From: a candidate division FCPU426 bacterium
GTDB taxonomy: Bacteria; Oederibacteriota; Muellerivitia; Muellerivitales; Muellerivitaceae
Assembly: GCA_963847625.1 (NCBI GenBank)
Contig: CAWKAR010000031.1
Location: 1 to 58,855 of the forward strand
Length of the DNA: 58,855 nucleotides
Direction of reading: 5' to 3'
Below are positions 17,796 through 27,575 of the stretch, piece by piece (positions within the stretch are counted from its first letter, which is position 1; each line of letters opens with the position of its first letter). Below the pieces are notes generated by a model that did not search any database, had not been told where the DNA came from, and saw only the letters and a program-made list of their open reading frames with translations. Both the position numbers and the translations under genes were made by a program.

Positions 17796-18407
17796 ATGTC
17801 AAGAGTCCTGAACAAACAAAAACATTCGGACCAGAAAACCCGCTTCCTGGTCCAAGCCCGCAGGCTCTTCGCGGCCCATGGCGTCATGGAAACCAGCATG
17901 TCCCAGATTGCCAAGGCCTGCAAAGTGACCAAGGCCGCCCTGTACCACTACTTCAAGAGCAAGGACGCGGTGCTCCGGGAGATATTCCTTTCCCATAGCG
18001 ACGAGAGGGACAACGTTGTGGCCCTCTTAAGTAAGGCGAAGAATTTGGAGGAGTGCCTTTACCTGATGGGAAAACACCACTTGGAGGAAATAGCCCGCCC
18101 CGACAACAAGGAACTCATGAGGATTATGCTGAGCGAGACCATGAAAAATGCCGAGATGAGAAAATTTTACGAGGAAATCATCACGGAGCAGATCGCCTAT
18201 ATCGTCCAGAAAATCCTGGCGCCCAAAGCCTGCTGCCCGAAACCGGAGAAGGAGGTCCTCTTGCTTTTTTTCCAGTTCTTCGCGAGCTTGATGCATTACT
18301 CATGGCACCAGATGATGGTGGGAGACCTTACCCCCTTGATCGGGGACGGGGAAACATTCGTCAAGACGCTTTCCCGCACTTACGCCATGAGGCTCCAGGA
18401 ACGATAG
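17796..18407 (+). CDS. TetR/AcrR family transcriptional regulator
   Basis: ARRLFAAHGVMETSMSQIAKACKVTKAALYHYFKSKD. Confidence 0.93.
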   Translation: MSRVLNKQKHSDQKTRFLVQARRLFAAHGVMETSMSQIAKACKVTKAALYHYFKSKDAVLREIFLSHSDERDNVVALLSKAKNLEECLYLMGKHHLEEIARPDNKELMRIMLSETMKNAEMRKFYEEIITEQIAYIVQKILAPKACCPKPEKEVLLLFFQFFASLMHYSWHQMMVGDLTPLIGDGETFVKTLSRTYAMRLQER

Positions 18408-18498
18408 GAGATTCACCGTTTTTTTGCCGGGCCCTGGATATAAATCGAAGCAAGCCGCATTTTTTTAGACAAAATGAACGATCCCTGGATCTATCTGA

Positions 18499-19044
18499 GT
18501 GAGCGAGGTTAAAACCCAAGCCATGGACGATTTCAGGGTGGAAAAGGAATTCCAGGAATTCGTTTCGGCGCACCGCCATTCGTGGATCAGGATGGCCGCC
18601 AGTGTCCTCAAGAACCGGCACGAGGCCGAGGACGTGGTCCAGGAAACCCTGGCGGTTCTCTGGAAGAACCGGAACACCCGAAAAGTCGAAAATCCGGCGG
18701 CTTACGCCGCCCGGGCGGTTTGGGTCAACGCGCTCAAGCGACGAAAGAGGGAAAAGCGCCTTCTTTCCCTGGAGGGACTGCCGGAACCGGCGGTTGACCC
18801 TAGGGAAGAAGACCCGGAAGGTTGGGATGAGGTCAGCCCCTCGGCCCTGGATAGGGCCATGGAGGGGCTGTCGGAGGCCCAGAGGTCGGTGATCCGCATG
18901 AAGTATTACGCGGGACTGTCCTTCCGGGAAATCGGGAAGGCGCTGAGGATATCCTTGAACACGGCGGCCAGCCGGTGCCGTTACGCCTTGGCCGCCTTGA
19001 AGGAAGCCCTCGGTACCCGTCGCCATCCAGGGGACCGCCGTTAA
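18499..19044 (+). CDS. ECF RNA polymerase sigma factor
   Basis: Region 2 EAEDVVQETLAVLW; region 4 LSEAQRSVIRMKYYAGLSFREIGKALRISLNTAASR. Confidence 0.9.
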   Translation: MSEVKTQAMDDFRVEKEFQEFVSAHRHSWIRMAASVLKNRHEAEDVVQETLAVLWKNRNTRKVENPAAYAARAVWVNALKRRKREKRLLSLEGLPEPAVDPREEDPEGWDEVSPSALDRAMEGLSEAQRSVIRMKYYAGLSFREIGKALRISLNTAASRCRYALAALKEALGTRRHPGDRR

Positions 19045-19071
19045 AACGGCCCCCTTTAAAAGGAGACAGTT

Positions 19072-19443
19072 ATGGTCGAGAAATTGAAGGATCAGGAAAA
19101 AAACAATCCGCAACAAGATGTGGAATTCGCTGGAAGCGCTGCTGTCGCGGTGACCGGGATCATTGGGGGCGTCGCAGTGGCCCTCGGTCTGCCTTGGATC
19201 ATTCTCACCCACGCCCAAGCCCTCGATCCTAAAACCATGGTCATATTGACCGTGACTGCCATGATTGTGGGCGGCTTGGTGGCCTTAACTGGAGCCTTTT
19301 TCGGCCTGGCGATGCCCAGCCACGTGGGCGGCTGCCGGCATTTTGGAAGACGTCACCATTGGGACGCCGAAGATTGGAAGGATTGGGGCCAGAAGTTGAA
19401 GGAGGATTTCAAGGGCAGGGGCCGGCGCCGGGAACGCGACTAG
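19072..19443 (+). CDS. Two-TM membrane protein, candidate anti-sigma factor
   Basis: AAGGAG SD; two hydrophobic segments; follows the ECF gene; Cys/His/Trp-rich C-tail. Confidence 0.6.
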   Translation: MVEKLKDQEKNNPQQDVEFAGSAAVAVTGIIGGVAVALGLPWIILTHAQALDPKTMVILTVTAMIVGGLVALTGAFFGLAMPSHVGGCRHFGRRHHWDAEDWKDWGQKLKEDFKGRGRRRERD

Positions 19444-19523
19444 TCCCCTGGCGGCGGTTTTTAAGGACTGGGCCTGAGGGGATGAAAGCCGGTTTAAGTT
19501 TTTGATCATCAACGAGGTGGGTT

Positions 19524-20966
19524 ATGAAAAAGTTAATGGGACTGGGTTTGGGATTGTGGCTGGCGGCGGGCATGGCCTCCGCCCAGCAAAAGCTTTCGCT
19601 GGAGGATTACCTGACGCAGGTGAAGGCCCAAGGGCCGGAGTACCAATCGGCCAAGGCTTCGGCGGAAGGCTTGGAAAAACAAGCCCACCAACAGGATTTG
19701 ATCTATTCCCCTGTTCTGGTCGCCGGTTATAACCACATGGATGACAAGGAACCGTCGGACAATCTGGAGGCACAGCCCCATACCCAGGCCGATTCGGCGG
19801 GGGTATCGATCGGGACCAAATTCCCGTTCGGGCCTTCCCTTTCGGTGGGTTATTCCTTGATTAACGCAAACGTGGAACTGAACCCGCTTTATAACTCGGT
19901 GGCCAGTCTCCTCAATTTCCCCAATCCCTTCTACCAGGTTGCCCCCGTGGTTTCCCTGTCGGTTCCTCTATTCAAGGACTTCGGAGGGGCCCAAACCGGC
20001 GCGGGAGTCCATAAGATCCAATACCAGTTGCAATCCGCCCAAAAGGGAACGGCTTTCTTGCGGGAAAAAGCGGCGTTTGACGCCAAGTTGGCCTATTGGA
20101 GCCTGGCGCTTTCCCACAATGAAGTAGCCATCCGGCAGGATACGTTGAATCGATGCCAAAAGATCTGGGATTGGACCAAAAAGAGGGTAGCCCGCAACCT
20201 CGCTGATCCTCCCGATGCGCTCCAGGCCGAAGCCTCGGTCCGGGTGGCGGAACTGGACCTGCAAATGGCCCAGGAGAAAGAAAGATCCGCCCGGTTCTCG
20301 TTCAACCGGTTACGCGGCGTGAAGGACGACCAAGTTACGGAGGAATTGGAAAACCTCGAGAATTCCCTTACCTCGATCCATGTGGATATTCCTAACAATC
20401 TTCCGGACCGTTTGGACCTGAAGGCGGCGGAACTGACGGCCAAAAGTCAACAAGCGGCCTACGATGAAGCCTACCAAAATATATACCCCGATATCACCGC
20501 TTACGCCTCGTGGAAAGGGAACGGCTATACCGGCGTTTTCAACCCGGCTAACCAGGATGCTTTCAGCGGCACCTATTCCACCTATAACATTGGGGCCCAA
20601 TTCACGCTTCCCCTGGACCTGATCACCGCCTCGCGGGTGGCCGAGGGTTATAAGGCCAACTATGAAAGCTCCCTGCTGACACTGAAGGACAAGAAAATCG
20701 ACGTAGGACAGCAGTGGAAGGACCTGAAAGACAGGCTTCAGGACGTGGAACACCGCTTGTCCATGGCGACTGAAATCGAGTCCCTCCAGAAAAGAAACGC
20801 GGAGGAGGAGAAAAAGGAATTGGAGTTGGGGCGGGCCACCCAGTTCCAGCTCTTGTCCTTCGAGAATGGGTATTCCCTGTCCCGGTTGAACCGGCTTTCC
20901 CTGGTGGTGGAAAAGCTGTCGTACCTGGCCCAGGCGCAATGGTGGCTTTCCACGGAAAAACAATGA
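19524..20966 (+). CDS. TolC-family outer membrane efflux protein
   Basis: Signal peptide, LSLEDYL start, two helical OEP-like halves, ELGRATQFQLL; upstream of RND genes. Confidence 0.85.
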   Translation: MKKLMGLGLGLWLAAGMASAQQKLSLEDYLTQVKAQGPEYQSAKASAEGLEKQAHQQDLIYSPVLVAGYNHMDDKEPSDNLEAQPHTQADSAGVSIGTKFPFGPSLSVGYSLINANVELNPLYNSVASLLNFPNPFYQVAPVVSLSVPLFKDFGGAQTGAGVHKIQYQLQSAQKGTAFLREKAAFDAKLAYWSLALSHNEVAIRQDTLNRCQKIWDWTKKRVARNLADPPDALQAEASVRVAELDLQMAQEKERSARFSFNRLRGVKDDQVTEELENLENSLTSIHVDIPNNLPDRLDLKAAELTAKSQQAAYDEAYQNIYPDITAYASWKGNGYTGVFNPANQDAFSGTYSTYNIGAQFTLPLDLITASRVAEGYKANYESSLLTLKDKKIDVGQQWKDLKDRLQDVEHRLSMATEIESLQKRNAEEEKKELELGRATQFQLLSFENGYSLSRLNRLSLVVEKLSYLAQAQWWLSTEKQ

Positions 20967-21040
20967 AAAATTGACAATGGAGAATGAAGAATGTAATGCC
21001 CGCAATTTAACCTCATTTTACATTGTTCATTTTTCATTCT
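20962..21040. repeat. Inverted arms of heptamer repeats (AATGAAV)n ... (BTTCATT)n
   Basis: aatgaaa/aattgac/aatggag/aatgaag/aatgtaa on the left and cattttacattgttcatttttcattct on the right. Confidence 0.65.
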
Positions 21041-21089
21041 CGCGGAAGTTTTTACCGGCAAAAAGTAAAATTCGAAAGGGTTTCTAAGG

Positions 21090-24000
21090 ATGAATCTCCC
21101 TAAACTCGCCATCGAGCGGCCCGTATTCATGAGCTGTGTGGTCGTCCTTATCATGGTGCTTGGCATCATGGGATACCTGTCCCTGGGCGTGGACCTGTTC
21201 CCGGACGTGAGTTTCCCCTTTGTGTTCGTGACCACGCCCTACCAGGGCGCCTCCCCGGAGGAAATCGAGACCCAAATCTCCAAGCCCCTGGAGGACGAGT
21301 TGATCTCCCTGCAGGGAGTCAAGAAAGTCAACTCGAGCAACCAGGAGGGGTTCTCCATTGTCTGGATCGAATTCACCCTGGAAACCGACGCCAAGGACGC
21401 CGAACAACAGGTGCGCGACCGGGTGGCCTACGTGCGGCCCCGGCTGCCCACCGGGATCGACGAACCCATGATCCGCCGGTACGACCCCACCGACCAGCCC
21501 GTGGTGACCCTGAGCCTCCAGTCCAGCCTTTCCAGCGCGGAGGCTTACGACCTGGCGGATCAGATCATCAAGCCCCGGCTTTCCCAGGTGTCCGGGGTGG
21601 GCGTCATCAACATCACCGGGGGCCAGAAACGCGAAATCCAGGTCCAATTGGACCGAAACCAGCTCAACCGTTACCGCGTGAGCGCGGGCCAGGTGGCCAA
21701 TCGGATCGGGTTGAACGGCTTGAACGTGCCCCTGGGCAAGGTCGACCTCGGCCCCCAGGAGCTTCTGTTCCGGTCGGTCGGCGAGTACAACGACCTGGAT
21801 CGCATCCGAAAGACCCCCGTGAATTTCTTCGGTTCGGACGTGTCCGTGACCGTGGACAAGCTGGGGAAGGTCGTGGACACCATGGAGGACGCCAACAGCT
21901 ACAGTTTCATCAACGGCAAGCAGGCGCTTTTCCTGGAAATCTACAAGCAATCCAAGGCCAACACGGTGGCGGTGGTGGACGAGGCGGTCAGGCGAATGAA
22001 GATGATCAACGACATCCTCAAAGACCACCCCGGTTCACCCCGCCTGGAAGTGGTCGAGGATGCCGCCCGCCCGGTGAGGCTCAACCTGGCCGACGTGAAA
22101 TACACCATTATCGAGGGAATCTTCCTGACCATCCTCGTAGTGCTGCTTTTCCTGGGAAGCTTCCGTTCCACTCTCATCACCATCACGGCCCTGCCGGTCT
22201 CATTGTTGGGGGCTTTCTTCCTGATGAACGTCCAGGATTACACCCTCAATGTCATGACGCTCCTGGCGCTGTCCCTGGCGGTGGGGCTCTTGATCGACGA
22301 CGCCATCGTGGTACGGGAAAACATCTGGCGGCATATCGAAGAGGGGGAGGACCCCAAGAAAGCCGCCGTGAGCGGGGCGCTGGAGGTGACCCTGGCGGTC
22401 GTGGCGACCTCCTCGGTCATCATCTCGGTTTTTTTGCCCATTGCCTTCCTCCACGGCATCGTGGGCCAGTTCTTCCGGCAATTCGGGCTTTCAGTTTGCT
22501 TCGCCATGGGCATTTCCTTGTTCGAGTCCATGGTCATGGGCCCCCTTCTCTCGGCCTATTGGGCCAGGAAAAGTTCCGTGGACGACAAGGAAATTCCGGT
22601 AGCCGGGGTGATCCTCAGGAAATTCGGCGTTTTCCAAGACTGGCTGGAGGGAAAATACGGTCTTCTCATCGGCTGGTGCCTGCAAAACCGCATCAAAGTC
22701 ATCTCAATTGCGGTGTTCCTTTTTTTCGGCGCCTTGTTCGGGTTGGGACCTTTCATTAAGTTCACCTTCATGCCGACCGCGGACGTGGGCGAATTCGTGG
22801 TTCTCTTGAAGGCGGCCCCCGGCACTTCCCTGGAGGCTATGAAGAAGATGACCTCCCAGGTGGACCAGGTCATCCGCAAGCATTCGGAGGTGGTCATGGT
22901 TTCCGGTTCCATCGGCGGAAACGACGCCTCGGGCGCCCAGCAAGGCATCAACAAGGCCCACCTCTACATCCGGCTGATCCCCTATACCAAGCGTAAAAAC
23001 ACCACTTCCGACATGATGGCCCTCCTGCGCAAGGAACTGGAGCCCTTCCACCAAACGCTCCAGCCCCAGGTGGCGGATGCCAGCCATTTCGGGGACCAGG
23101 CACCCTTCACCATGCTCCTGGTAGGGGATGATTATGCCAAGCTGGTGCCCGTGGCCGACCGGCTCGTGGAGAAAATGCGGGCAGTCAAGGACCTGGCGGA
23201 CGTGCAGTCCACCTACGAGGGCGGCAAGCCCGAGTTCCAGGCGGTCCTGGATCCCAAACAAATGGTGGCCTTGGGTGTTTCAGGCGTGGACGCGGGCATG
23301 GAACTGCGAACCCAGGTGGAAGGAATCGTTCCGGCGAAGCTGCGCCAGCACGGCGAGGAATACGACATCCGGGTCCGGTTGCAGGAGGATCAGCGCAACC
23401 TGGAAAAGGAATTCCCGGGCATCCTAGTGCCCAACCAGAACCATAACATGGTTCGCCTAGCGGATATAGCCAAACCCGTCACCACCGAGGGACCGGCCCG
23501 CATCAACCGCCAGAACCGCGCCCGCTATATCATGGTGAGCGCCCAGTTGGCGCCGGGCGGCGCCCTGGGCAATGCCCTCAACGAGGCCAAGAAAGTCATG
23601 AAAGCGGAAACCTTGCCGCCAGGCGTGACCTACGACTTTATCGGCTATGCCGAGAACCTGCACGAACTCATGGTCAGCATGCTGGAGGCGGTGGGCTTGG
23701 CCACGCTCTTCACCTTCATGATCCTGGCCAGCCTGTACGAGTCCCCCATTATTCCCTTTACCATCATGCTGGCCATTCCCCTGGCCATCGTGGGGGCCTT
23801 TTTAGCCCTGTTTGTGGGACAACAGTTCGTCCCCACGCTCAGCCTGAATATTTTCAGCATGGTTGCGCTCATCATGCTTTTGGGGCTGGTGACGAAAAAT
23901 TCCATCCTGCTGGTGGACTATACCCTCCAGATGATGCGAAAAGGCATGTCCCGTAACGATGCCCTGAAGGCCGCAGGCAAGGTCAGGTTGCGGCCCATCC

Positions 24001-24236
24001 TCATGACGACCTTCGCGCTCATCGCGGGCATGCTGCCCCTGGCCCTGGCCCTGACCGAAGTGGGCAAGTTCCGGCAGTCCATGGGCGTAGCCGTGGAAGG
24101 CGGCCTGATCAGTTCGCTTCTTTTGACCCTGGTAATCGTGCCTTCTGTGTTCGGCTATGTGGATGACTTCAGGCTTTGGATACGCAAGCTCTTCGGCGCC
24201 AAGGGGGACGGCCTTTCGCCCCCCAACCCCAACTAG
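21090..24236 (+). CDS. RND efflux permease (AcrB/HAE1 family), paralogue 1
   Basis: ERPVF start, GASPEEIE, GLLIDDAIVVRENI, GLVTKNSILLVD, RLRPILMTT; 1048 aa. Confidence 0.95.
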   Translation: MNLPKLAIERPVFMSCVVVLIMVLGIMGYLSLGVDLFPDVSFPFVFVTTPYQGASPEEIETQISKPLEDELISLQGVKKVNSSNQEGFSIVWIEFTLETDAKDAEQQVRDRVAYVRPRLPTGIDEPMIRRYDPTDQPVVTLSLQSSLSSAEAYDLADQIIKPRLSQVSGVGVINITGGQKREIQVQLDRNQLNRYRVSAGQVANRIGLNGLNVPLGKVDLGPQELLFRSVGEYNDLDRIRKTPVNFFGSDVSVTVDKLGKVVDTMEDANSYSFINGKQALFLEIYKQSKANTVAVVDEAVRRMKMINDILKDHPGSPRLEVVEDAARPVRLNLADVKYTIIEGIFLTILVVLLFLGSFRSTLITITALPVSLLGAFFLMNVQDYTLNVMTLLALSLAVGLLIDDAIVVRENIWRHIEEGEDPKKAAVSGALEVTLAVVATSSVIISVFLPIAFLHGIVGQFFRQFGLSVCFAMGISLFESMVMGPLLSAYWARKSSVDDKEIPVAGVILRKFGVFQDWLEGKYGLLIGWCLQNRIKVISIAVFLFFGALFGLGPFIKFTFMPTADVGEFVVLLKAAPGTSLEAMKKMTSQVDQVIRKHSEVVMVSGSIGGNDASGAQQGINKAHLYIRLIPYTKRKNTTSDMMALLRKELEPFHQTLQPQVADASHFGDQAPFTMLLVGDDYAKLVPVADRLVEKMRAVKDLADVQSTYEGGKPEFQAVLDPKQMVALGVSGVDAGMELRTQVEGIVPAKLRQHGEEYDIRVRLQEDQRNLEKEFPGILVPNQNHNMVRLADIAKPVTTEGPARINRQNRARYIMVSAQLAPGGALGNALNEAKKVMKAETLPPGVTYDFIGYAENLHELMVSMLEAVGLATLFTFMILASLYESPIIPFTIMLAIPLAIVGAFLALFVGQQFVPTLSLNIFSMVALIMLLGLVTKNSILLVDYTLQMMRKGMSRNDALKAAGKVRLRPILMTTFALIAGMLPLALALTEVGKFRQSMGVAVEGGLISSLLLTLVIVPSVFGYVDDFRLWIRKLFGAKGDGLSPPNPN

Positions 24237-24250
24237 AAAAGGAATAATAA

Positions 24251-27200
24251 ATGAATCTCCCTAAACTAGCCGTCGAACGGCCGGTCTTCATGAGCTGCGT
24301 GGTCATTCTCCTCACGATTCTCGGGATGATGGCCTACAGCACCATGGCCGTGGACTTGTTTCCCGACATCAGCTTCCCGTTCGTGATCGTGACCACGCCC
24401 TACCAGGGAGCCTCTCCCGAGGAAATCGAAACCCAGATCTCCAAGCCCCTGGAGGACGAGTTCAGCACCATCCAGGGTGTGAAAAAGGTCACCTCCACCA
24501 ACCAGGAAGGGTTCTCGGTCGTCATGATCCAGTTCAACATGGATGCCGACGTGAAGGATTCGGAACAGCAGGTGAAGGACCACCTGTCCTTTGTCCGGCC
24601 CACCCTTCCCAGGGACATTGACGAGCCGATCGTGCGCCGCCTCGACCCCACCGCGCTTCCCATCGCGCAGTTGAGCCTGTCTTCCACCCTCCCGCCCGCC
24701 CAGGCCTACGACCTGGCCGACCAGGTCATCAAGCCCCAATTGGCGCAGGTGGAAGGTGTGGGCGTCATCAACATCCAGGGCGGCCGCAAAAGGGAAATCC
24801 AGGTGCAGTTGGACCGCGACTTGTTGAACCGCTTCCATATCAGCGCCTCCCAAGTGGCCTCCCGCATTGGAATGAACGGTATGAACGTGCCTGTGGGCAA
24901 GGTGCAGGTGGGAGGGCGCGACCTCCTTTTCCGCTCCGTCGGCCAGTACGACGACCTTGAACGCCTGCGGCAGACTTCGGTCAATTTCATGGGATCGGAC
25001 GTTTCCGTACCCGTGGAGCGCCTGGGCAAGGTGGTGGACACGGTGGAGGACGCTCAAGGTTACAGCTACATCAACGGCCAATCCGCCCTCATCATTCAAG
25101 TGGTGAAACAATCCAAAGCCAATTCGGTCGCGGTGGTGGACGGGCTCACCAAGCGCATCACCCAAATAAACCAAAACCTCAAGGACCGCCCCGGCTCCCC
25201 ACGCCTGGACATGTTCCAGGATATGGCGTGGATGATCCGGCTGAACTTGAAGGACGTCAAATTCACTATTTTGCAGGGTATCGCACTCACCATCCTGGTG
25301 GTTTTCCTGTTTTTGGGTAGTTTCCGTTCGACCCTTATCACCATCACGGCCCTGCCCGTGTCGCTTTTCGGGGCTTTCTTCCTCATGAACGGCGTGGGTT
25401 TTACCTTGAACATGATGACCTTCCTGGCGCTTTCTCTGGCCGTGGGTCTTTTGATCGACGACGCCATCGTGGTGCGGGAAAATATCTGGCGTCACATCCA
25501 GGCAGGGAAGGCGCCCAAAAAAGCGGCGGTGGAAGCCGCCCTGGAAGTGGCCCTGGCGGTTGTCGCGACATCCTCAGTGGTTATTTCGGTGTTCATGCCC
25601 ATCGCCTTTTTAAAGGGCTTGGTGGGCCAGTTTTTCCGGCAGTTTGGCTTGACGGTTTGTTTCGCCATGGGTATCTCGCTTTTCGAGGCCATGGTCATGG
25701 GCCCCCTGCTTTCAGCCTATTGGGCGAAGAAAAGGGGAAAGGGCTTCAGCCTGATCGATTATCTGGACCACCTTTTTGCCCCGTTTCTTTCGCGTTTCGA
25801 GCGGTTCCAAGCCTTCCTGCAGGAAGGATACGCCGTGATTATCTCGTGGTGCCTGAAACACCGGTTGCTGGTGGTCTTGGGAGCGGTTTTGATTTTCCTT
25901 TGCAGTCTCGGGTTACTGCCGTTCATGAGCGTGACCTTCCGGCCTTCCGCGGACGTGGGGCAATTCGCGGTGTACCTGAAGGCGGACCCGGCCACCTCCC
26001 TGGAAACCATGAGGGATAAGACGTTGAAGATCGAGGCATTGATCCGCAAGCACCAAGAAGTGGAGTTGGTGGCGGACAATATCGGCGGCACCAACGCAAT
26101 GGGAGCCGGACAAGGTTCCAATAATTCCAATATTTACATCAAAATGAAACCGGCCAGCCAGCGTCATATCGACACCGCGGGATTAAAGGCAATCTTGCGC
26201 AAGGAACTGGAACCCTATCTGTTGGAGTTGAACCCCCAGGTGGCCGACTATGACCCCATGATGGCCCAGGCGCCCTTCACCCTGAACCTCATCGGGGAGG
26301 ATTACAAGGCGCTGGCTCCCTTCGCCCTGCAGGTGGTGGAAAAGATCAAGAGCGTTCAGGGTCTGGCCGACGTGCAATCCACCTATAACGGCGGCAAGCC
26401 GGAGTTCCAGGCAAAGCTGGACCCCCGGAAACTCAAATTATTGGGCGTTTCGGGAATACAAGCGGGCGATGAGCTTCGCACCCAGGTGGAAGGATCCACT
26501 CCGGCCAAGTTCCGGCAAGGGGGGTTGGAATATTTCATCCGGATACGGCTCCAGGAAGACCAGAGGAACCTGCAAAAGGAATTCCCCCAAGTCCTGGTGC
26601 CCAACCAAAACGGCAACCTGGTCCGGTTGTCCGATATTGCCGAGCCTGTCACGACCGAGGGCCCCTCGCAAATCGACCGGGAGAACCGCGCCCGGTACGT
26701 GCAAATCACGGGCCAGCTGACGCCGGGCGGAAGCCTGGGCAACGTGCTTCGGGACGGGAGGAAAATCCTGCAAGGGATGCAGATGCCCAAGGATGTATCC
26801 TATGAATTCGTGGGCCAGGCCGAGGATTTCCATGACCTGCTCGTCAGTATGGCCATCGCCTTGGGGCTCGCCATGCTTTTCACCTACATGATCCTCGCCA
26901 GTCTTTATGAATCCCCCATTTTTCCCTTCGCCATCATGATGTCCATCCCGCTGGCCATGGTGGGAGCCTTAGCCGCCCTTTTCGTGGGCGGCCTGTTCAT
27001 TCCCTACGTCAACCTCAGCCTCTTCAGCATGATCGCCATCATCATGCTCATGGGACTGGTGACGAAAAATTCCATCCTGCTGGTGGACTACACCCTGCAG
27101 ATGATGCGAAAGGGAATGCCCCGGAACGAGGCCCTCAAGGCCGCGGGCCGGGTGCGGCTTCGTCCCATCCTCATGACGACCTTCGCGCTGATCGCGGGCA

Positions 27201-27436
27201 TGCTGCCTGTCGCCATGGCTCTGACCGAGGTGGGAAAGTTCCGCCAGTCCATGGGTATCGCCATGGAAGGCGGTCTTATTACCTCGCTCGTTTTAACCCT
27301 CATCGTCATCCCTTCGGTTTTCGGCTACGTGGACGATTTCCGGTTGTGGCTGCGCAGGATTTCCGGGGAGGAGGAAGACGATCTTGCGCCGAAATCCGGG
27401 CTTCCGCTTGTGGTTTCGCCGGATAAACCGGACTAA
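24251..27436 (+). CDS. RND efflux permease (AcrB/HAE1 family), paralogue 2
   Basis: Same motifs, colinear with paralogue 1; 1061 aa. Confidence 0.95.
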   Translation: MNLPKLAVERPVFMSCVVILLTILGMMAYSTMAVDLFPDISFPFVIVTTPYQGASPEEIETQISKPLEDEFSTIQGVKKVTSTNQEGFSVVMIQFNMDADVKDSEQQVKDHLSFVRPTLPRDIDEPIVRRLDPTALPIAQLSLSSTLPPAQAYDLADQVIKPQLAQVEGVGVINIQGGRKREIQVQLDRDLLNRFHISASQVASRIGMNGMNVPVGKVQVGGRDLLFRSVGQYDDLERLRQTSVNFMGSDVSVPVERLGKVVDTVEDAQGYSYINGQSALIIQVVKQSKANSVAVVDGLTKRITQINQNLKDRPGSPRLDMFQDMAWMIRLNLKDVKFTILQGIALTILVVFLFLGSFRSTLITITALPVSLFGAFFLMNGVGFTLNMMTFLALSLAVGLLIDDAIVVRENIWRHIQAGKAPKKAAVEAALEVALAVVATSSVVISVFMPIAFLKGLVGQFFRQFGLTVCFAMGISLFEAMVMGPLLSAYWAKKRGKGFSLIDYLDHLFAPFLSRFERFQAFLQEGYAVIISWCLKHRLLVVLGAVLIFLCSLGLLPFMSVTFRPSADVGQFAVYLKADPATSLETMRDKTLKIEALIRKHQEVELVADNIGGTNAMGAGQGSNNSNIYIKMKPASQRHIDTAGLKAILRKELEPYLLELNPQVADYDPMMAQAPFTLNLIGEDYKALAPFALQVVEKIKSVQGLADVQSTYNGGKPEFQAKLDPRKLKLLGVSGIQAGDELRTQVEGSTPAKFRQGGLEYFIRIRLQEDQRNLQKEFPQVLVPNQNGNLVRLSDIAEPVTTEGPSQIDRENRARYVQITGQLTPGGSLGNVLRDGRKILQGMQMPKDVSYEFVGQAEDFHDLLVSMAIALGLAMLFTYMILASLYESPIFPFAIMMSIPLAMVGALAALFVGGLFIPYVNLSLFSMIAIIMLMGLVTKNSILLVDYTLQMMRKGMPRNEALKAAGRVRLRPILMTTFALIAGMLPVAMALTEVGKFRQSMGIAMEGGLITSLVLTLIVIPSVFGYVDDFRLWLRRISGEEEDDLAPKSGLPLVVSPDKPD

Positions 27437-27575
27437 AAAGAAGATAAATCCACCTGGAAACAGTAGTCTCAGGTGTCTAAATGAAGGATTTGCGGACGGG
27501 AAGGTGCTTTCATCCTTAAAATAATGCGTGTTTTTTCCTTTAAAGTTGGCTATTTTCTTTGGGATTCATTCTTGA

